Below the pieces are notes generated by a model that was given only the letters and a program-made list of their open reading frames with translations, was not told the DNA's origin and searched no databases. Positions 47,178 to 53,316 of a stretch of DNA of 53,316 nucleotides are shown here, one piece after another (the stretch's first letter is position 1; every line of letters starts with the position of its first letter). The stretch lies in the NCBI GenBank assembly GCA_020718645.1, contig DYRQ01000006.1, positions 1-53,316 of the forward strand, read 5' to 3'. The position numbers and the translations under genes were made by a program. The DNA is from Verrucomicrobium spinosum. Its GTDB lineage: Bacteria; Verrucomicrobiota; Verrucomicrobiia; JADLBR01; JAIBCM01.

Positions 47178-49280
47178 CTAAACTGCATCCCAGTAAACGC
47201 GCAGTTCTCGCGGGCCGAGGCCGTGGATCAGAATCTCGAGGCCGTGGAACTGTTCGTCAAAGGTGAAGTGTATCCTGTGTCCATCCAGTAAAACGCAAGA
47301 TGGCCTGCGGTCGCTCCACGCCAAAAATCGGCCTCCCCAGCGCAGGTGGACGACGCAAACACCGTGAATATCAAACTCCTTGCTCGTGACTACCCCAGCG
47401 CTGTTGAACATGTCCGGCAGTCCGATAGGGGCAAAACCGTTTTCAATCGGCACTACCGTCACCACTTCGGCTTGGCGGGGTGCCAGGCTGATCTCGCGTT
47501 GCTCTTCGAGCACCATCTCCAACAATTCTGTCGTGTGATGACAATAGACAGCCAATCTCTCTCCCTCCAACCCCTCGACATCCTGCGGGGAAAATACTGC
47601 CTGCAGGTTCGTGGACGAAGCCTCCCCCGCTCCCTGCTGGCAGTGGAATATCCCGATGACACCAGACCTCAAGTTGCGGTTGAAAATCTTGTAAAGCACC
47701 GGGTCTGTCGTGGGATTGACGAAGAGACAGTCGCGAGTGGGTAGCGCGGGATCCGCAGGACGCAAGACCTCACCACTAGGGAGCACCAGCTTGGCCAAGA
47801 GCGCAGCATCATGATGTCCCGGCTTGTCAGAAACATAGACCGGCCCACCAGAAAGAGCTCTGGCTACGGCATGCAGATTGGCTGCTTCGTGCTGGGTCTG
47901 AAACATGTCCCAATCCGGGTGCACAAACTCCCCAAACCAGAGTGAAAACAGGGCGTTGTTAAAAATATGTTTGCCGTGCGACTCGGCTTTGTCGGGATAA
48001 TAATCTGGAGAGGATCGGTAAAGCACTGTGCTGGCCGAATGATAGATTAGCTCGGCGGGGTGAGCCATGCAGTGGATCACATTACCCTCGAGATGCACAT
48101 GGACAGCTCCCTCGACGGCTTCGCGCATCTTGCGGGAGACTGAGACACGCCCTCCGTGGTCGGCTGTGTAGGCTTCTAAGTAGCCTTGCCCATCCAGCTT
48201 CAATCCATCCACACCACAGCTACGCAGGTAGGCGGCGTTATCATGAAAAAAACGGTAGGCATCGTCCGGATGCACTATCTCGCGGGCGCAGGCCTGGCGA
48301 GGATTGAACCGGCGCGCTGCCCGGATGCTATCGCTGAAACGCCCCTCTGTTCGGGCAAAACGATACTGCGGGAACTCATGGGCCTCCGCCCCTCCCCAAT
48401 ACCCGAAGAGGGCTTGCCAGACGAGCAGGTAGCGCAATCCGTAGGTTTGCTTGCTAGCCCATGAAAGCCCAGCCAATCCACCAGGAAACTTCTCATTGGC
48501 CTCCCACGCCGTGAGGACGGACGGCGTATTTTCTCCACAAGGACGAACGCTCTGCCAACCGTCATCGAGCACGAGAAAAGCGGGTGCTCTCCCCGCCGCC
48601 GCCAGAGATGCGAGACCCGATAGCACCCCCTCTTGAGATACCTCAGTGTAAAATGCGTCCCAAGTACACCAGCCGAATAGCTCTGCAAATGCGGGCACTT
48701 TTTTATCCCGCCGCAAGCGCACGGTCCCACAGCTCCCAGCCACTTGTTTAGCTGCTGCTTGGATCAGCAAATAAGGATCATATCCCGCCGCAACATAAAG
48801 CCCTGTGACTTGCGGCAGACAGGCGCCATCCTCGCCTGAATCAGCATAGATTTCGAGACGATCTAAGTCGTTGCCCCGAATGGAACAGGGGTAAGGACCA
48901 TCCACCAGAGATACCAGCACGAAGTAGCCGCCAGCCCCAAGGGTTCCGATCAAAAAATAAGTTTCGTAGGGAATGTCCCACGACCGGGTTCCCGTAAATG
49001 CCTCCATCCAGGCAGGCTCAGTGCGGGCGCATCCGCAAAACTGAGTATGAGCACCAAGACACCCACACTCGAGCAAATGTCGGGAGGCAAGAGGAAGATG
49101 GTTCCAGCGGAGAAAAACACCAGTGCCAGCCGCATCCACTGACGCCGTCACCTGAGAGGGCAGCCGATTCAGCAGAACTGCACCACACCATGAGAGGCTG
49201 CCGTTTGTGAAGCCGTAGGGAGCAGCAACTCCCGACGAGTCGGGCTGGAACTGAGGCCGGCTCTCACCGGCATCATTCAC
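47178..49280 (-). CDS. Raffinose synthase/Sip1-like alpha-galactosidase (GH36)
   Basis: FGWCTWDAFY, LVLDDGWQ, DGLKLDGQ, RSSPDYYP, PDWDMFQT, ALSGGPVYVSDKPG. The GTG start at 49280 overlaps the FHA gene stop (GTGA). Confidence 0.92.
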   Translation of the reverse strand: MNDAGESRPQFQPDSSGVAAPYGFTNGSLSWCGAVLLNRLPSQVTASVDAAGTGVFLRWNHLPLASRHLLECGCLGAHTQFCGCARTEPAWMEAFTGTRSWDIPYETYFLIGTLGAGGYFVLVSLVDGPYPCSIRGNDLDRLEIYADSGEDGACLPQVTGLYVAAGYDPYLLIQAAAKQVAGSCGTVRLRRDKKVPAFAELFGWCTWDAFYTEVSQEGVLSGLASLAAAGRAPAFLVLDDGWQSVRPCGENTPSVLTAWEANEKFPGGLAGLSWASKQTYGLRYLLVWQALFGYWGGAEAHEFPQYRFARTEGRFSDSIRAARRFNPRQACAREIVHPDDAYRFFHDNAAYLRSCGVDGLKLDGQGYLEAYTADHGGRVSVSRKMREAVEGAVHVHLEGNVIHCMAHPAELIYHSASTVLYRSSPDYYPDKAESHGKHIFNNALFSLWFGEFVHPDWDMFQTQHEAANLHAVARALSGGPVYVSDKPGHHDAALLAKLVLPSGEVLRPADPALPTRDCLFVNPTTDPVLYKIFNRNLRSGVIGIFHCQQGAGEASSTNLQAVFSPQDVEGLEGERLAVYCHHTTELLEMVLEEQREISLAPRQAEVVTVVPIENGFAPIGLPDMFNSAGVVTSKEFDIHGVCVVHLRWGGRFLAWSDRRPSCVLLDGHRIHFTFDEQFHGLEILIHGLGPRELRVYWDAV

Positions 49281-49780
49281 GAGAAGAGCATCCTGAAGAG
49301 CATGAAGCCAACGCTCAAGACAGCCAACGAGCCCAACCCCCAAGTGATCCATTTAGCAGGCGAAGCCTCCGCATCTGAAATACGACGGCCCAAGGGAGAA
49401 GTATTCTTGAAGTCGGCTGGACGCACGCTGGTATTGGAAGGATTGAGAGGCAGCCCTCGCACGGCTTCCGGCAAAGGCATCGCATCTCCACCTACCTCTG
49501 AATCATAGAGAAATACGATATTGCCAAACTGCACCATGTCGCCCCGCGTGAGCTTCTGCTGCATGACCTTCGTGCCATTGACTCTGGTGCCATTGGTGGA
49601 GTTGAGATCTTTGACATTATAATCGCCATCCACATTCGTCAGCACGGCATGGCGTCCCGAGACACTCCCATGCGCTACACACATTGGATTTTCTGGAAGT
49701 CTGCCGAGATGCATCTCGGCCTCGGTCAACTCAAAGGTGACTTCCTGAAACTCGGTGGTCTGTCCGATCAAACGCGGCAT
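49277..49780 (-). CDS. FHA-domain protein with C-terminal TM helix
   Basis: LGR...SVSGRHA...DLNSTNGTRVNG (phosphothreonine-binding residues intact); C-terminal WITWGLGSLAVLSVGFMLF. Confidence 0.92.
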   Translation of the reverse strand: MPRLIGQTTEFQEVTFELTEAEMHLGRLPENPMCVAHGSVSGRHAVLTNVDGDYNVKDLNSTNGTRVNGTKVMQQKLTRGDMVQFGNIVFLYDSEVGGDAMPLPEAVRGLPLNPSNTSVRPADFKNTSPLGRRISDAEASPAKWITWGLGSLAVLSVGFMLFRMLFS

Positions 49781-49793
49781 GGCGATGACTGTA

Positions 49794-50930
49794 TTAAAAT
49801 CCTTTGAATTCCGCAACTCTTTTGGCAAATAGGTCAAAAAAGTAATCTGCATCGTGCGGACCAGGCGCCGCCTCCGGGTGATATTGCACGGAGAACACGC
49901 TCTCGCCCTTGTGCCTCATCCCCTCGCAAGTGCCGTCGTTCAGATTGCTGTGCGTGACCTCCACCTCGCCATTGGGCACCGATTGGGTATCCACCGCAAA
50001 TCCGTGGTTCTGCGAGGTGATGGTGACCTTGCCGGTCATCAGGTCTTTCACGGGCTGATTGCCTCCACGATGCCCAAACTTGAGCTTGTAAGTCGAGCCA
50101 CCCATGGCATAGCCGAGAATCTGGTGCCCGAGACAGATACCAAAAATCGGCTGTTTCCCGATCAGCCCACGCACTGTTTTGTGAGCATAGTCGAGCACGG
50201 ACGGGTCGCCTGGACCATTCGACAAAAATACGCCGTCCGGCTTCAGTGCCAGCACCTCTTCTGCCGAAGTCCGAGCCGGCACCACCCGCACCTGAAACCC
50301 GCGCTGCCTCAGGCTGCGCAGGATGTTGCGTTTGATACCGAAATCGAATGCGACTATCTTCATGGTTGCAGGAGGCAGTGGCTTGCGCCCTCCGAGCGTC
50401 CACTCGCGACTTTCCATCTCCTCCGTATCCCAGTCATAAGCCTGCGGTGTCGAAACCTGCTCCACGAAATCTATACCCTCGTAGCTGGCAGACTTGGCCA
50501 GATCCACAGCGGCCGCATCGGTGACCTCTTCCGTCGTGATCACCCCGCGCAACGCACCTCTCGTGCGCAAGTGGGAAGTCAGGGCACGGGTGTCCACTTC
50601 GCAGATGCCAGGGATGCCGTGGGCGATGAGAAAATCTTCCAAGCTCTGAGTGGAACGCCAGTTGGAGGCCACAGGCGAAAGTTCGCGCACCACAAAGCCA
50701 CTGACCTGCGGGCGGTCGGACTCGTTATCTTCCGGGCAGATACCGTAGTTGCCTATCTCGGTGTAGGTCATCGAGACGATCTGCCCACGGTAGGAGGGAT
50801 CTGTCAAAACCTCCTGATAACCTGACATCGAGGTATTGAAACAAACCTCACCCAACGCCTGAGAGCGGGCACCAAAGGCACGCCCCCTCAATACAAACCC
50901 ATCTTCCAACGCCAAAATAGCTGCACTCAT
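49794..50930 (-). CDS. carA: Carbamoyl-phosphate synthase small subunit
   Basis: [47 protein letters not shown]; GGAAGGAG SD upstream of 50930. Confidence 0.97.
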   Translation of the reverse strand: MSAAILALEDGFVLRGRAFGARSQALGEVCFNTSMSGYQEVLTDPSYRGQIVSMTYTEIGNYGICPEDNESDRPQVSGFVVRELSPVASNWRSTQSLEDFLIAHGIPGICEVDTRALTSHLRTRGALRGVITTEEVTDAAAVDLAKSASYEGIDFVEQVSTPQAYDWDTEEMESREWTLGGRKPLPPATMKIVAFDFGIKRNILRSLRQRGFQVRVVPARTSAEEVLALKPDGVFLSNGPGDPSVLDYAHKTVRGLIGKQPIFGICLGHQILGYAMGGSTYKLKFGHRGGNQPVKDLMTGKVTITSQNHGFAVDTQSVPNGEVEVTHSNLNDGTCEGMRHKGESVFSVQYHPEAAPGPHDADYFFDLFAKRVAEFKGF

Positions 50931-51123
50931 CGGGCTGACTCCTTCCTGTCGTTCAACGGCTCGGTGACCAGCGGTGTCGGACTCCCGCACCAGCGCGGGA
51001 AAACTACCGTGATCAAGAAGAGCTTGTTGGTGGCCGAAGTTGCACGAACGCGGAGGGAGGTCAAAAAATATTTGGCCAAGAGTCAAAATTTCTCTCCGAA
51101 CCCTATCCGAGACCCCACCCCTC

Positions 51124-51828
51124 TCAACCCGTCTCTTGACCCCACCTTTGCTGGGCTGTCATGGGAAAATCTTGTTCTTGCAACCCAAACCCCTTCTGGA
51201 TTTCAGAAAACTCGGCTCGCATCCACTCTGAAGCGCGTTGGCATGCCTCCTGTGATCCGCCACACTCTTCCACGCACAGCGGAGGACCCACCGAGATAAA
51301 TATCTGCGTGCTGCCCGGCCACCACGCGGAGGCTCGGTAGAGTTTATCAGCTCCCACAATCAACATAGGCACCAGCGGCACTCCCGACATGCGGGCGAGC
51401 GATCCCATCCCAGCCTCCAGAGGAGCCCCGAAAAGAAGCGAGCCTTCTCGCTGCCGTATCCCACCCTCAGGAAAAATCCCGACCGGCGCCCCTGCCTTCA
51501 GAGCCCGGACTATTTTCTTGGTCGCCTGCCGATCCACAGACGCCCGGTTCACGGGAATGCTCCGAATCCCGTCGAAGATAGCCCCCATTAACTTGGAAAC
51601 ATAAAGATCCCCAGCGACCACCCAAGTCATGTGTCTCGGCAAAACAGTCGTGATCAACGGCGGATCAAAGTGGCTGATATGGTTGCCCACGAGCAGGAAT
51701 GCCCCGCTGCGAGGGATATGCCCGATACCAGAAACCCTCAAATCCAGCGTGAGCCTACTCAAGCACCAGACGGTGGCGTAAAGCAAATCATAGAACCAGC
51801 CGGGCCTGCGAAAATCAGTGTCAGTCAT
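51124..51828 (-). CDS. plsC: 1-acyl-sn-glycerol-3-phosphate acyltransferase (PlsC family)
   Basis: NHISHFD (HxxxxD), SIPVNR, GIFPEGG, VPLVP. Confidence 0.88.
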   Translation of the reverse strand: MTDTDFRRPGWFYDLLYATVWCLSRLTLDLRVSGIGHIPRSGAFLLVGNHISHFDPPLITTVLPRHMTWVVAGDLYVSKLMGAIFDGIRSIPVNRASVDRQATKKIVRALKAGAPVGIFPEGGIRQREGSLLFGAPLEAGMGSLARMSGVPLVPMLIVGADKLYRASAWWPGSTQIFISVGPPLCVEECGGSQEACQRASEWMRAEFSEIQKGFGLQEQDFPMTAQQRWGQETG

Positions 51829-51841
51829 GGTGTCAGAGCAT

Positions 51842-51880
51842 AAAAAAACCCCTCCCAACAAATGATGCGGGAGGGGTTTT
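51842..51880 (-). terminator. Intrinsic terminator after the SWIB gene
   Basis: Perfect 12-bp inverted repeat aaaacccctccc (51845-51856) / gggaggggtttt (51869-51880); gives a 7-U tail on the minus strand. Confidence 0.85.
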
Positions 51881-51891
51881 CTAACAGAATC

Positions 51892-52158
51892 TCAGCTTAC
51901 ATGAGCACTGACCAACTTGGTCATCTCGAACATGGAAACAGTATCTTTGCCACCAAAGATAGCCTTGAGCTTATCATCGGCATTGATGTTGCGCTTGTTC
52001 TTCGCATCTTGGAGATTGTTCTTCTTGATGTAATCCCACAGACGCTTGGTAATCTCCGTGCGGGGTATGGGCTCGCTGCCCACCACCGCTGCTAATATAG
52101 CATCGGGCTGCACGGGCTTCATGAACTTGGTGTTCGGTTTTTTGGTTTCGCTTGGCAT
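51892..52158 (-). CDS. Stand-alone SWIB/MDM2 domain protein
   Basis: FMKPVQPDAILAAVVG...PRTEITKRLWDYIKKNNLQDAKNKRNINADDKL...MFEMTKLVSAH. Confidence 0.93.
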   Translation of the reverse strand: MPSETKKPNTKFMKPVQPDAILAAVVGSEPIPRTEITKRLWDYIKKNNLQDAKNKRNINADDKLKAIFGGKDTVSMFEMTKLVSAHVS

Positions 52159-52184
52159 AAATGTTCTCGTCAATCCTGAGATGC

Positions 52185-52682
52185 TCAGCTCTTAGCCTCG
52201 GGAGTTTTGGATGCGGCCCAACGACGGCGCTGCGCAGCGGCAATACGCTCACGAGCTTCAGGGCTGATGTTGCGGACTTTCTTGTCTTTTTTGACCTTCG
52301 CAGGCTTGGCTGCTTTGGCTGCTTTTGCTGCTTTGGCGGTTTTCACTTCAAGTTTGAGCGAGTCAACGGCGGCGCTGGACTTGGCCCAGCGGGCTTTCTG
52401 CGCGGCAGCAATGCGGGCGCGGCCAGCAGCGCTCATGTTACGCTTTTTGCGACCACGACGGACGGGTTCGGCTGCATCAAGAATGCTCTCAACCTTCTTT
52501 TTACGACCACGGCGGCCTTTGGTCACGGGAGCTTCATCTGCGGCTGTTACACTCTTTGCTGCAGCGCCGAATTTGCTGAGTATGGCGATCAGCTCCTTTT
52601 CGAGCGATGCGATTTTATCTTTTAATGTTTGTATCCGCTGAAACTCAGCGGCTGACAAATTCAATAATGGGCTTTGAATCAT
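52185..52682 (-). CDS. Basic Lys/Ala/Arg-rich putative nucleoid-associated protein
   Basis: N-terminal coiled coil, RGR motifs, AAK repeats and a duplicated S..(G/A)R.RIAAAQ..RWA motif; 26 bp upstream of SWIB. Confidence 0.8.
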   Translation of the reverse strand: MIQSPLLNLSAAEFQRIQTLKDKIASLEKELIAILSKFGAAAKSVTAADEAPVTKGRRGRKKKVESILDAAEPVRRGRKKRNMSAAGRARIAAAQKARWAKSSAAVDSLKLEVKTAKAAKAAKAAKPAKVKKDKKVRNISPEARERIAAAQRRRWAASKTPEAKS

Positions 52683-53243
52683 ATGTCGCGGTTGTCGCGC
52701 CGGACTTAGCGTAAGTCAACTCTTTTTATCTCGAATCAAACAAACCATCAAAGTCAGGCGCTGATGAAAGTAAGTATTCCCACGGAAAAACTGTAATCTC
52801 CCGCCCCACTACCCCCATGTCTCTAGGCGCAGGAAGTAATCACCTGCCAACCTTGTCCGAGATACCGAGAAACAGGTGAAACTACCGATTCTGTATTATT
52901 TTAATTATGAGACAAAGTCTATTATCCCCCCCCGTTGGACGAACAGCCCCACAGACACCAATTCCGAAAAGCTCTGCAGCATGGCATGCTCATGGAACTT
53001 TTCCCTTGCAGATCCACCTTGGGTGGAGGAAGAGATTCCAAATCTTACTCCAGACTAATTTGAACCCACAGCCAGACTCTCCCCAGGCAGGATAGGGGCT
53101 CACAACAATGGCTAGAATCCTCTGACCGGGAAATGAGCCCATAGAACTTCCTTGATCGCACCAAAAAAGGAGGGCACACAAAAACGGGTTGCGTTTTTTT
53201 ATTTACGAACAGCCCCTTTCATCTAGTTTATGAGGCTAGCCCC

Positions 53244-53315
53244 GCCGGCTTAGCTCAGTGGTAGAGCAACGGTTTTGTAAACCGTCGGTCATCGGTTCGA
53301 ATCCGATAGCCGGCT
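53244..53315 (+). tRNA. tRNA-Thr (anticodon UGU)
   Basis: Cloverleaf: acceptor GCCGGCT/AGCCGGC, D arm GCTC-AGTGGTA-GAGC, anticodon stem ACGGT-TTTGTAA-ACCGT, T arm ATCGG-TTCGAAT-CCGAT. The base after the discriminator is T, so CCA is not encoded. Confidence 0.97.
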
Positions 53316-53316
53316 T

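Noticed and set aside
1-53316. CRISPR arrays, IS elements, prophage genes, rRNA
   Set aside because: No regularly spaced repeats, transposase/integrase/capsid ORFs or rRNA-like sequence seen.

Overview
53.3 kb of bacterial chromosome, roughly 55% GC by eye. Gene content (LEPRxLL-type giant protein, stand-alone SWIB, GYF_2 protein) suggests the PVC superphylum, probably Verrucomicrobiota; this is an inference. Most of the window is housekeeping genes: rph, pheS, priA, rpmE-prfA-prmC, rpe, class I fumarase, uvrB, htpX, carA and tRNA-Thr(UGU). I found no IS, prophage or CRISPR array. Four loci stand out. (1) A 2760-aa LEPRxLL giant adhesin with about 10 isopeptide-type Ig modules is encoded with TolC and a short adaptor but no ABC transporter and no RTX signal. 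One of its modules is split by a tandem pair of about 125-aa domains that resemble phage tail-fibre domains. (2) An 1151-aa GYF_2 protein has a long helical rod on a strict 38/76-residue register with three 56-residue units. (3) A two-gene operon pairs a basic histone/H-NS-like protein with a stand-alone SWIB protein. (4) Many genes have a TTGnnn-16/18-CAnnnT promoter signature just upstream of an SD-less start codon, suggesting leaderless mRNAs. All family assignments come from motifs recognised by eye; no database search was run.
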